This document shows positions 22,161-34,614 of a stretch of DNA of 36,892 nucleotides, one piece after another. Each line of letters begins with the position of its first letter. The stretch's first letter is position 1. The stretch comes from Catajapyx aquilonaris (lineage: Eukaryota). The notes beneath the pieces were generated by a model that worked only from the letters and a program-made list of their open reading frames with translations, was not told where the DNA came from and searched no databases. The translations under genes were made by a program, and so were the position numbers. Where the stretch lies: NCBI GenBank assembly GCA_000934665.2, contig KZ539007.1, positions 1 to 36,892 on the forward strand. The letters run 5' to 3'.

Positions 22161-24525
22161 AATTCCTGATGATTGTTTGACCGTAAATACAGCCAAGGAG
22201 AAAACTGATTTTACACAGCATAATGGCGATATTGTTTGGAGATTTAAATCACTTATGATGACGGTAATGTTGAAACACTTTTCACTGGGATTTGACCCTA
22301 GGTAGGCCGATGCTTAACCATTATAACAAGCAGTCTGGGTGCCTAATAGTCTATGTAGCCTACCTCGACCAAAGTTAATATAGGTTTGACTGATCACTTG
22401 TATAAAAAAGTGGGATAGTTTCCAAAACAAAGGTCAATATTTGTTTTCGTCATCCGCAAATCCATCGAGATATAAACTCTTAAAACACACCTCTGTGCTA
22501 CTAATAACTAATATTATAGCCTACCGTACTGTCGTGCTTATCATACTAGAAATAAAGTACTCTTTATACATATCGACTGGCACTCACAGAGCTAATTTCG
22601 CACCCAAACTCGTCGATAATTATGTATATTAGCCTTAAGAGAATCGGTAAACAATTCGGGCTTATTGACTCTTGGTTCAACTTATTTTTGACTATTCGAC
22701 TATTTTTGTCAGATGCAGCGTCTTGCCATGAGCAAATCCCCCATTTGAAAAGGTATCTGTGCTACTTAATATTTGACTTGACACTTTTTCCCCCAGACTA
22801 CGTGCAAATAAGGTCAGACCATTAGAGGACGTTGAGTCGAAGTGCATACATTTCCATCCTGTATCACTATTTCTGCATAAGAGTGACCTAGTATGGTAAA
22901 TAGCTTGTGGCGAATGAAAACAAGGTGATTGACTTATGACGTCAGAGATAAGTCATCTTGACTAGGGAATCGCTTGAAACTGGCTCCGAGAACAGATTAG
23001 ACCCGTGAGAGGACACATCAAGTGGGATAAGTTGACAGATTGCTAAGATCATGATTCCAACATGAATACTTCGGAACGAGGACGTGAATAGGATTCAATA
23101 TTGTGATCTGGAGGAACACTGGATGTCGGTGAGTTTGCTTTATTAATGTGTATTTGATGATGCTATATACGCACGTACAAGTGATGAGTTCACTGAAGGG
23201 CATTAAAATTAACTGAACCCGGATCTTCTGATGAGCCGAGTTTTTTTTAAACATTTAGAATATAGTGAACGTGTAGAGACAAATAGGCCATACAGTGCGT
23301 ACGGTATTTGTTACAGTCCCGAGTCGAGGTGATATGAACTGACTAGAGCAAAATAATTTATAATATTTGTTTAGTAAGGGCACATAACAATTACGCCATT
23401 AAAAATTGTTGCACAAAATTTTGTACTCCGACAACAATAGGCCTACTGAGATCAACAAAATATTTGCCAATAGAATCTAGCCTCGTCACTTACTAAAGGC
23501 GTGCTTCAGGTTCACTTAGGTTGAAATGTAACTTATAATTTATTGCCGTATTGATTTAGCCGCAAAAATGACGGCTTGCATGTTGGCGGTGACATTTTGA
23601 CAGGCCACGTATGCTGAAATAATAATATACGGTACTGTATAAGTCTCTTAATATTTTCAAATAACTTCGGCACAGTTTATAGCATGGAAATAAATGTAAT
23701 TGGTCAAGACTGTTTAATCGCCCCTAATTAGTTGACTGTTCACACCCTTACGAGGTTTAGTATAACAAAGTGTGGGCTAACTGGTTAAATAGTAATAGTC
23801 AATAGTGCTATAGTATTAGATGAATCTGGCGCATCCTGAGTTAAAAGGGTTTGCTTACACGCAAATCTCGTGTCGCTAATCTAACAGACATTCGCGTGCT
23901 ATGTACCGGATGACTCTAGTGAACGCCACTCTTTCAAAATATCGGCTAACGGAAACCAACATGCCGCATATTATCGTCCAAATCTAGGCTTTGAATAATT
24001 CGACTCAGCTCAAGTGAGCATGAAGTAAAATGCACCCAAAAAAAAATTTGCTGACGTCACAAATGAACAATGTATGAACCTCCAAAGACGTATGGATAAA
24101 TATGAAATTTCTGACCAATAACTCCACATTCGTACTGATGTACTATAAAGCCATATGAGCTTCCAACTAGTTTTTTTTTTTTTTAAATGTGTCTTATCAT
24201 ATTAGGTAATTCAGGGTCCATGATTAACCTTTCCAAAATGTGAGTGCAAAACGACACCGGATCGTGCTGACTTTTTCGCGTGTTCTACTTTCCGTTTTTA
24301 TTGCCTCTGGCCACCCCGAAAATAGCGGCTCTAAGTGGAAGGCTAGGATTGATAGAATGATGGATAAGCATCCGGGCCAATTCGCGAACCTTTTCCTGTC
24401 CCGGAATAATTATCCTGTAGTGGTTTTTGCGCTATGTGTGACACGGAATCACACCACATGTGAATCAAGGCTAGGTTTAAAAACAGAGTCCACGAACACC
24501 TATCCCAAGTTCAGGGGGGGGGGGG

Positions 24526-24726
24526 NNNNNNNNNNNNNNNNNNNNNNNNNNNNNNNNNNNNNNNNNNNNNNNNNNNNNNNNNNNNNNNNNNNNNNNNNNN
24601 NNNNNNNNNNNNNNNNNNNNNNNNNNNNNNNNNNNNNNNNNNNNNNNNNNNNNNNNNNNNNNNNNNNNNNNNNNNNNNNNNNNNNNNNNNNNNNNNNNNN
24701 NNNNNNNNNNNNNNNNNNNNNNNNNN
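24526..24726. other. assembly gap flanked by poly-G
   Basis: Run of ~200 N between G homopolymers. Confidence 1.
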
Positions 24727-25271
24727 AAGGGGGGGGGATATGAGCATTGATTTCTGGAACGACAAATAATATTTCATGCATGACCTCCAGGAATCGATGT
24801 TTGTGCTACCTGCGACCTTGCCGAATGAGTAATAAGTACTGCATTTCTAACCCAAATTTTGATGTGGATGGGTTATTGCTCAGATGTTTCGACTACTGCA
24901 TGTGGATGATCAGAATTTAATTGCCATACAGTAAAGTGGTTGTAAGATGGTGTGCATGTTGAAGTAGCATGTGGAGGGCAAAACATGTTAGATAAACCTG
25001 TTCAATTATTAAGAGGGTTTATGTGAGTGACCTTGAATGTTTAATTATCGTACAGGTGTGGTACCGACCTTCATTGCCGGTATTCGTGATGACCTGAGAG
25101 TCGCTGTTAATATAGTACAGGCTGCTGAATTACGAATATTTACACAAAAAAAAATGTGTTTTCAATTATTATGGCTTATTATTACCCATTGTACTCATTG
25201 CTACATATAGGTTTAGAAATAATGTAAGTTGCTACAGTGCAATGTCGTCATTGGTATATTGAAATTTTTAA

Positions 25272-25330
25272 TAAGGTGAAGTGGGGGAAGTGCACACCCG
25301 GGGTAAGTGCACTTCCCCCACTTCACCTTA
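25272..25330. mobile_element. minimal (55-bp) TIR element with TA flanks
   Basis: Perfect 24-bp inverted repeat TAAGGTGAAGTGGGGGAAGTGCAC (25272-25295 / 25307-25330) with an 11-nt spacer. Confidence 0.75.
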
Positions 25331-26167
25331 CCCTAAATTTACGAGCGGAGTAGCTTGAGCACAATTTGTAATATTGTTGCTTCATTACTTCTCAAGTGGC
25401 ATCTGCTTATTAATTACTAACTCCAATATTCCAGAAATATTTAGGGTCTGGATTTTACATTATGCAATAAGCGAACGGTTGCGTTTGAAAAGCCATTTAA
25501 TAACTTCTGACGGACGATATAAATGGTTGATATTTCGCATGCTTCTAGGTATAACCTATAAATTATTAGCTGAATTATGAACAACCCTTTGACCTACCCA
25601 CCTGGCAGTTGTCTGTCGAAAAAAAAAAGTTATTGTGCAATCAGATTCCCCACAAAATATCGAATTGTGACTGATGATTTATTCAGGTTAGACCTGAGGA
25701 GGAGTATTCACAAATTTTGTTCATTTTGATCATGGAAGCTATTTTGCTCTATGATGTGGCTGAGGACACATGCTCTTAAAATGAATCCAGATAATTCGAA
25801 ATGGAATCCAGCCTATTATGCGTCTGTAGGTCCGGCTGACCACAATACCTTGGTGTCCTTCGCGGAACATATCAATAAATATCGAATTTTGGGGCAGAAT
25901 CAACTACAATGCACATTTGGAAGGTGGAACAATAGTCGCGTGTTTGCAGCGCACGACTCTCAGGATCTAGTCTCACGCACATCCAACTCTCAAACTTATT
26001 GTTTTTCGGCCAAGCTTTTAAGCTGCTATTCATGGTCAGCTCGTTAACACAGGCTTTTAATGAGGGATTTTTACAAGTGTATCTGGGAGGGGGTGGTTCA
26101 GGGGGTGGTGACTGATATTAACTCCGTAGTTGCCCCACTCGTCAAATTGCCTTCCTAAATGGAACTT

Positions 26168-26545
26168 GGAACGACTAAGGTCGGTCGCCTCCGATTTGGT
26201 TCAAACTCGCTTGAAGGGTCACTCATGTGCGATAGACACAGTGGTGAAAGTCCTAGGTGACACTGTCCAGCCGTTTCCGAGATATGAGCACAAACAAATC
26301 CGAATTTTGGCCGCGCGTACCGGCGCGTACAGGTGTAGGACGGGAAGGGACAAGTGCAAGGCCCGGTAAAGGCCCCTATTCCCCTTTACACGCGGACAAA
26401 ATTCAGATGTTTCTGTCACTCATATCTCGGAAACGGCTGAACAATGTCATCTAGGACTTTCACCACAGTGTCTATCGCACATGAGTGACCCCTCAAGCAA
26501 GTTTCTACCAAATCGGACCCGACCGACCTTGGTCGTTCCCTCGTC
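26168..26545. mobile_element. foldback MITE with ~150-bp inverted arms
   Basis: Arm 26168-~26319 (GGAACGACTAAGGTCGGTCG..GTCACTCATGTGCGATAGACAC..CAGCCGTTTCCGAGATATGAG) is mirrored at ~26387-26539. Confidence 0.85.
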
Positions 26546-29500
26546 AGTACACCCCAGCAACCAGTTGAATCAGAATCATAATCAGGACATAATTATGAGA
26601 GTGTGCCTGAATTTATGAAGTCCGCATGAGTGTTAAGAAACGTAGTTTATTCGGCGACAATAGCTCTTATGAAAATGTATATAGCCAGATTTTCCCAACC
26701 TGACGTTACTCTTACATATCTGATGAACAGTCGAATCGATATCCGTCGTGCATGACCCGCTGCGTTTCAGAATGAAGACATACCGAACGAAAATAAGCAG
26801 TACAAGTGCAGCGATTTCCTGACCGGAAGCGTGCAATATACATGTAATTAAATGGCTGTAACACGGAAGGCGAAGATGCCTTCCTTGTACAGTACAGTCA
26901 AGAATAAGTGCACGCCATGAGTCCATTCCTCTCCCATCATCTTATAGTGTGTAGCATGGACTCGGTACATCGTTCCTGCACATTGGATACTTATACACGT
27001 GCTTGAGACGTGGTCGTGATGACGTGCAGGCTATCAGCCATTAGGAATCTTTGTATATAATGCAGAAACATTGTTTCCTTCCTGCCCTCCTTGTTTGTTT
27101 GCATATTTGCATGTGTGTGTAATAAAAATTTCTGGAATTTAAGAGACGAATTGGCCAACTGTCTTGTTACACACTCTGGTTCGACTTGAGGGAGTCAGTG
27201 TCTTGAACGCATCTATAGTATGTAACTTCACCTATTGTAATCTTTGGTGTGTGCTAGCCTGTAATGTCAAAGTACTGGCTGACCCTTCGTGCAATAATTG
27301 CGCGTTTTCCATTCGGAGTCAGCAAGGGCCAAGTACGGTTGAGGAAGGTCAACGCCTTTGTTTGCAATCAGCAACCAGAACTTCTATTGCCATGGAGCAT
27401 TGGTGGGGGACAGCGGTCACGGTCATGAGGGTTCAAGAAGGGGGTAATAGCAGTATCATGCAAGACTGCTAAGTTGCCCAGGAGACAGGTCGTATGGAAA
27501 CTAGTTGCGATTGTGAAACTAATGTACGATCATGTGTTTAGGAGCATACAGGAAGCATACCATCTATTAATAGTTACCACATGGCACAACGTATCTTGTA
27601 CATTGAATGAAAAAAAGTCCCTTAAAAATTTCGCACATGACTTGGATATTAATAGTAAGAAGTTTAATGGGCAATCGGACAAGTACTTTGAATCACTCTA
27701 AAGCGCTCTAAAGTAGCTACAGCCAATATAATAAAAAAGAGTGAAGACTTGAGGGTTGTCACCACCAGCTCCAACCACTACATAAAAGAATAGCTTTTTC
27801 AACTCGGTTACGGTTGCGCCTCATGTGTGGCAACGAGGCTACTTATTACGACATGCCACTTTCAGTTTCGTCACTTAGGCCTACATCGCACTGTTTATGT
27901 ATTTGACGGATCAATATTGTTGACCTCCGTCGATCGTCGACGCACCTCCTTTATATTGACTGGCTGCGGCATACAGTATCGCTATGATTAAAAAGTCAAC
28001 AGGCCAAACGCAATCGTAGCAGGCTCGTTTCAAAAAGCGATAACTGTAGCCAATATCGCTGAAGGTGTTTACATTTGCGACACGAAATATTGACACCGAC
28101 GTCACACGTTCTGTGACACAACCAAGGTATAGCACGCTACAATTTCGATAATTCGACAACGACGCGGGTTCTGACATGATACATGCCTATTGCTCGTATG
28201 AACTTTTACTGAATATTATGTACGTAGTAAAACACGACGAACAAAACTATTAGATATATGCAACTCACCTGTGCTAATCAAGGCTGTGAAATTAGTTATT
28301 TTGAGTTTGTTGCAAACGATAGTTTGGATATCACCTGTATTACTTACCTTAGTAGAACCACCCTTCTCTCAAAGAATAAGTGCTTGTCAGAGAAATTGAT
28401 TTCCGTCGCGTTGGAGCACATCCATCGACTTGGTGTACACCTGCATTATTTGCTACACTTTCATGCACGTTGCTTGAATGCTTCCACGTGCATACAGGTT
28501 TAGATAGTAGGACTACCTTTTATAAGAAAAATGCCTATTTCAGATGGGCATGTGTATGTGTATTTCGGGCAAAAAGTACACGAGCTCGATAGCATATGCC
28601 ACATAGATCTTCAAATCATATTGTTTGTTTCCTCCCAACATTGCGTACAAGCAATGGGTGACAGATTAGACGGGACGGAATGCACGTAACTTGAAGCATG
28701 CAACGTACAGTAGATTTTGAACTGTTGCATAACTAATGCATGCATAAATCATGACATCATCCGTCAGCTCTAGAGGTTCAGTGAAAGCGAAATTTAAATG
28801 ATCCATCAATGACACGCCTATAAACCACCATATGGTTTGTCTCTTCACGTCATAGTCAATTGAAACTAATTTTTCAAATACCAAAACCGGTATGACATTT
28901 AACTGGGGCTACCTTGTAGCATGACTCCTGGGTATTTTTGTACAAAATGTCAAAAAAAGCTAACAGTTGAAAGTTCTCATGAGACGTGTTCGAGTCCTGT
29001 CTCCTACTTACATTAAGACAAGACAATTGAGTAAAAGCAGGGTGGCCTCTCCGGGAGATAAACTCCGGACCATCAATGTTATATGAGGGTTGCCATTTTC
29101 CTTGCGACATGACAGAAGGGGAGTGGAACTCAAATCCCATGATATATGATTTTCTCCTTTGCCCTTGAATCTATCGAGCGTTCATTCGAAATTCCATTAG
29201 ACGTAGGCTCAAAGGGGGGAAGAGAAGTACTATTGTTGCGCGAGGGGGGTTCCTGCCTGTGCTTTGGAACTATTTGAAGTTTTCAAAGAAAAGGCAATTG
29301 CTTTCAATTAATTTCTTTATTGTAATTAGATACATGAACGGAGAACCGGATTGGACTTTTTGAAGCACCCGAGAGCTTTATTTCAAAACAAAACAACAAA
29401 AAAAATCACATCCAGTTTTCACAACCCTTTACAAAAAGTTTGCTTCAGAGGAAGAAAAGTGTGTCCAATGCCTCAAGAAGCCTACGGTCATAGAAACACC

Positions 29501-30844
29501 ACTGTGGGTGGGCTACCAAATAAACATATGTCTTTAAGTTTATTTGGGAGCAATATGCCTTCTAATAAGTATTATTAGTAAATATGAACTGCTTTTATTT
29601 TTAATCATTCCGATGTCGAAGAATTCTCCTGGTCTGTTCTAATGCAAAAAAACAGATGACATAATAATACAGAAACTGCCAGATTACATAGGCTCGAACG
29701 AAGGCACTTGCAAGTTCAATTAAAATATACGTACTTAAATTTAATTATCACATCTTTTTTCACAAATGTGAAATCAACCCGAAAGTTGATTATGGACGGA
29801 ATAGAATCATTAGACACAAATTGGTAAGACCAATCCATTAATCGATTCGTACTCTATAAAAATGAAAAGCTGACACAGAGTAAGCTCCTCCATATAGGGA
29901 GAGCAAATGTTGCCTTAAAATGTTCAGCAATACTGATTAGCATACATCTGCACTGGTGATTAATCTGCTTATGCAAGGTGAAGGCATGATGATACCAAAT
30001 CTATCATTGGGGTTGTTAGTTAACCCAAACCCTGCCAGCAAGCCGACCCATTGGGCTTTATCCTGAGGCCTTATAATGTAGAGAGATGCAAAAGAAAATA
30101 CTTATCATAATTGCAATTTTTTTAAAGGTGGTGTTTATGCTTAAGTCAACACTGTGTGACAGATCATAAGTAGCCAACTGCACCAGCAGCCACTGGTCAC
30201 ATCCGGTATACCAGTACCGTTGTGACATATATTTACAGCGGTGACTACTTACACTCTGTGAAGTTCATTAACCAACTTTTGTCTTGCACAAAAAAAAAAT
30301 ACAAAACATTTTTTCAAAATGCACTAAACAACTTAATATTTTGAAATAAAGCTCTCACTTACATGCACACTATTATAACCTAAACTATTCCTGAGACGGG
30401 CAGGCAGACGCAACTCAGGTAACTTAACATGACTGATTTACTCGTATACTGCACATACTCGCCCACATTTTGAGTTGTCCAGGTTTCTGTCGATGCTATG
30501 TATTACACAAAAGGTCTATGCTGTGTTTCTGGTTGTGTTTTAGACAGGCTACAAATGAAACAAGACTCCAAATTGTGGAGACTGGCATCTAGAAATCCTA
30601 TTTACAGTTGAATTTTAAACACCATGGCTGCTTCTCACATGCCCGAAAAGGTAGTATGAAGAAACGAACTGTAATTTAATATGTACTGGTATGTCAACTA
30701 CTCGCCAATCTCTGGTAATTCAAGGTGTATGATTTGATAATAATCGTTAAAAAACGTGCTACCCTTCACTGCCCGGAATGCCAAAACAAAGAAATTATAA
30801 CTTCGAGGGGGGGAAAAGACTAATGGGTCGTTGTAAAACAGCAA

Positions 30845-32188
30845 TCAATCATCATTGACATCATCAGGGAGGAACTCTTTCTGGTTAATCCTTTTTCGGA
30901 CTAGACACACTTGCTCAACTCTAAAAATGAATGAGACTGCATCAAACACATTCTCTAAAATTCGTTGCTTCAGTAGCAGGGGCTCGACAACCCCAAGGGA
31001 GGATCTGGCTGAATTCTTGCACAACCTCTGTACGATCCCCTGTAACGACTTTGCCAGGGCAGGCGCTAGCGAAAACGAGTCCCCTGCCATGCTGGCTAAG
31101 AAGTCCGCCATGGCTGCCTCAGATTGTCCACCCCCTGGCACCCCCTTGTTGTCACCATCATACCACAAACGTAGCACTTTTAAGGAGTCATGACAGGCAC
31201 GAGAATACTGATGGCACAGCTCAGGGGTTGGCCCACACACTCGAATCTGGATGATGGTGCCAGTGTTCACCAGAATGCCTTGTTGTAAGAGCTGGATGCT
31301 GCTTAGGGTCGCCAGGTGAGAGGAATCTGGTTCTTCCGCGTCGTACAAGGGAGAAACCTTCGCATGGCGGATAATGTAGTCTAAAGTTCTATGAGGAATG
31401 TCACTCACGGCGGTTACGTTTAGGGTACGGCACAAGCAGGCGAAGTATGCTGGAAAGGTGGCACAGCATATGATCAACCTCACCCCCAACTGGTGGTGGC
31501 GTTTCAAAACCTGTTGCATACGTGTGTGTTCCCAACCAGACGTGTTAAACTTCCACACCACAAAGTAAGACCCGGATATGTCCTGGGGTGGATCAGCCAC
31601 CAACTTTTGGTCCAGCAGAAATCCGGGCAAAACCTTAGAATCAGACACAGAGCCGCCACCTTTCAGGCAAGCACAGTTCCAGTCCTGGATGAGATCGGAC
31701 ACCTGTTCACTATTGGGATTCCATTTTTCCACATACTCACACATTAGGTTGCTTAAAACCCTTGCCACTGTTCCAGGAAACCCTACAAACAAAGTCTGGA
31801 TGATCTCTTGGCACGTCACCTTCCGGGCCATCTCGTCCAATTGTGCAAACAACCCTGGTAACAAGTTTTGTTCAGCCCGAGACAACATCATAACAACCTG
31901 AGCCCGCCCTACCAGTCTCAAGTGCCTACACATGTCCAAAACCATAAAAACAAACAACTTGGTCCCATCACCCAACGCTGCATGTGTATTGTCCGCCATG
32001 CTAAGCACAGCCCTGGCAATGGGATGCTGGGTCCCAACAGCCCTAATCAGTTCTATGCCTTTACATGTCAGTCTTGGACGTTCCGGTGGCTCTACTACTA
32101 GTACAGATAATCCATCTGGGCCAAAAGAAATTTCTAACACATCTTCCCACTTCTCCAGCGGGTGCAGCACGTCTTGGAAGCTGCACAT
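30845..32188 (-). CDS. BBS10: Bardet-Biedl syndrome 10-like chaperonin-like protein (447 aa, single coding exon)
   Basis: Intact ORF with group II chaperonin motifs SFGPDG, QHPIAR, LGDGTKLF, PGGG.SE and GVVEP. HPIAR plus GDGxKxF matches BBS10 (human HPIAR..GDGAKTF) better than the CCT GDGTT motif. Confidence 0.85.
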   Translation of the reverse strand: MCSFQDVLHPLEKWEDVLEISFGPDGLSVLVVEPPERPRLTCKGIELIRAVGTQHPIARAVLSMADNTHAALGDGTKLFVFMVLDMCRHLRLVGRAQVVMMLSRAEQNLLPGLFAQLDEMARKVTCQEIIQTLFVGFPGTVARVLSNLMCEYVEKWNPNSEQVSDLIQDWNCACLKGGGSVSDSKVLPGFLLDQKLVADPPQDISGSYFVVWKFNTSGWEHTRMQQVLKRHHQLGVRLIICCATFPAYFACLCRTLNVTAVSDIPHRTLDYIIRHAKVSPLYDAEEPDSSHLATLSSIQLLQQGILVNTGTIIQIRVCGPTPELCHQYSRACHDSLKVLRLWYDGDNKGVPGGGQSEAAMADFLASMAGDSFSLAPALAKSLQGIVQRLCKNSARSSLGVVEPLLLKQRILENVFDAVSFIFRVEQVCLVRKRINQKEFLPDDVNDD

Positions 32189-32852
32189 CCCTTAGGCACT
32201 GGAGGTGGAGGGTTCATCATCCGCTGCATTCGGTGGTATGCGTCCTGCACGTTCTTTGGTCATGTCAAGCAGTTGATGAGCCGGGTGATAGACTTCTTTT
32301 TTGTCGTCATTCAGGTACAGCAGGTGCTGATTCGGCCTGGTGGTGTTCTTGTTTCCAATAGAAGTGTATCTGTCAGGAATAGAACAGAGACGGGTGTCAT
32401 TTTCTCAAGAAATTGCTTGCAAGCTGATATCCAAGTTAAACGCAGTTTGCATGTTGACATCAACAAATCGATCCAGTAGTGGTTACCAGGTAAAGGGGTG
32501 ACCCTTTCCGGCCGTCTGAACACGTGAAGTCATGCACTGCGTATACAATAATAATTCCATGCATAGTCAATCAATAAGGGGATGGCCAAACTTCGTAAAG
32601 GTTTAGCAGAAGCATATAAAACTACAACGCTTTCATGAACCCTGCCATTTCTTTACTCTCGTCTTCAAACGAAAACCAAATTCCATTATCGATTTAGAAG
32701 GCGTGAAATAAAGATGCGCAGATAATTTTATGCCAAAACGTATTAAGCAGACGCTTTTTCACCTGTTGAATACAGCGTGATCTGCTGACAAATCCTACTG
32801 GCAAAAGACGCCTATACATCAGGCAGTAAAATATAATATGAACGTGGGGGCC

Positions 32853-32862
32853 GGGGCGGGGC
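32853..32862. promoter_or_regulatory. GC box upstream of the BBS10 leader
   Basis: GGGGCGGGGC in AT-rich context, ~35 nt upstream of a minus-strand ATG at 32819. Confidence 0.3.
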
Positions 32863-34614
32863 AGTAAAAGCACTCAAGATATCCTGTAAGACGTTATGCA
32901 ACTTGACATGATCCCCATCAAGTTTCGAACTTTTCTGACATAATACATTCAGCCTTAGAATAGCACTGACATCACGAGCATTTAATTGTTAGCCATAATC
33001 CTGACAGGAATTGTTGCCCATTGTGACGTCAGTAAGATTACTATTCCAAGCCTGAGAAATCACGTGTTATCATGTTAAACCCTTTATACTACAAATGATT
33101 AGTTGTCATATTTGAGACTTGGTAGAACTGCTGAGTCCGGTAGAGGGCGCAGCAACAAGACATGCTTCATAAGTAATCGTATCGACCTCATACGATATGA
33201 TGGAGTTGTTCCCCGCTACAATTGCGAACCCCTCCTAAATACTGCAAGTACTGCATGTTCCCATTTCTTATTGCTCCCACCATTAATTGTTGATTGCCCA
33301 TACTAACATTCGTTACCCACTTTTATGGCGACAGTCGTCGAACACGCTCATTATTCAACAATGGCCACTGGGAGATTACTCAGCAAGAATTGTGATGACG
33401 AACTGTTGTTGTTTTTATTGGGCTTTAATATTTTGACAACGTAAATACATCACACGATAATTACTCCAGCAGTTTAATGGCAGTAATTAAATGCAAAGTG
33501 ATTTCGATACGACTGCTACAATACTGGTAACGTTTCTCTGCATTGTCGCAATATCAAATATATTTCCGCTGAAAAATACCAATATGTTCCAAAATTGCTC
33601 TGACGTCAGCTTGCAGATTGCACTCATATAAAATTGATGGCGTCGTGTGTTATTCGCAATGCTATTTATGGTTCCTTCCTAAAATGCATCTTATTCGTGC
33701 ATCGCTTTTAATAACTGTTTCGAAGAATCCAGCGGCGACTTGATTAGCCTGCAATTATTACAGTGACTTTTCGGCGATTCAGATTTCAAACTATATCAAA
33801 TTACGCGAGAGGTGATTTGATGCACAAGTCAAGAATTTTCTTTAGATCACGATTTGCGCAACAGTCTTTTGGGTATAGGGCAGTCGTGATCTCATTGTAA
33901 AAAGGTAAAATTGCAGCCCGCATATAAGAATTGATTGCCAGTGCAGTGTGGGCTTTTCGTGCAATGGCTTTTAATAAATCTGCATGACCAACACCCACGA
34001 CTTCATTTCGGGAAACCAGAATTTCTATGCGGTAGGCCCTCGCGACGAATAAAATGGGATATTTTCCTTCAATAGCATTTGATTATAGTGTTGGGAATCG
34101 TGATCGTCATGGCTGTAAATCAATTCGGCCAATTTGGAATGTTCTAACCGGGTGTCACTATACTAGTGCAATAGTTATCGCACCTAAATGCTGAAGCCCT
34201 AAAAAAAAATTTGGCAAAAAATTTATTTCAAAATGCGATACGACTTTGAAATACTGGATGTACGTGAATGTCATCCTATATCACAAAATATGTCGCCAAA
34301 AGCCTGATATTTATCACTTAGAAAACAGCAGAAATAGTGTGTACTGAACTGAGTCGTTACACTATACAGAGTGGATAGTACTGTAGAGTCCGGAACATCT
34401 CAACCGATACGGATATAAACAAAATTATGCAACACGCGGTATATACATTCGGGACGTGACTCAACAACGCAATATACGGTTTAGTAGTTATTGGCTCCGG
34501 TTTTCGCAATGCTGTGAATTTATTTGATGTAGAAAGCAACATCAATGTCCCTGTTCCAATAACTGTGAACCCTTTTGGCTCCTAGAATTGGGCTGCGCAA
34601 TACAATAGTAAATA

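Noticed and set aside
24240..24781. ORFs spanning the N run
   Set aside because: Their length is an artefact of the assembly gap.
26633..29578. Short ORFs in the intergenic region
   Set aside because: No recognisable homology, consistent splice pattern or coding-like composition.
30855..32479. Plus-strand ORFs overlapping BBS10
   Set aside because: Antisense shadows of a real coding sequence, with no recognisable motifs.
32366..32533. Selenoprotein created by the TG|A splice junction upstream of BBS10
   Set aside because: No known selenoprotein motif around the codon, no SECIS identified, and the splice pattern itself is unproven.
33024..33031. CRE site TGACGTCA or X-box as a BBS10 regulator
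   Set aside because: The flanking sequence resembles 19843-19870, suggesting a dispersed repeat, and the adjacent X-box-like sequence has a poor second half-site.
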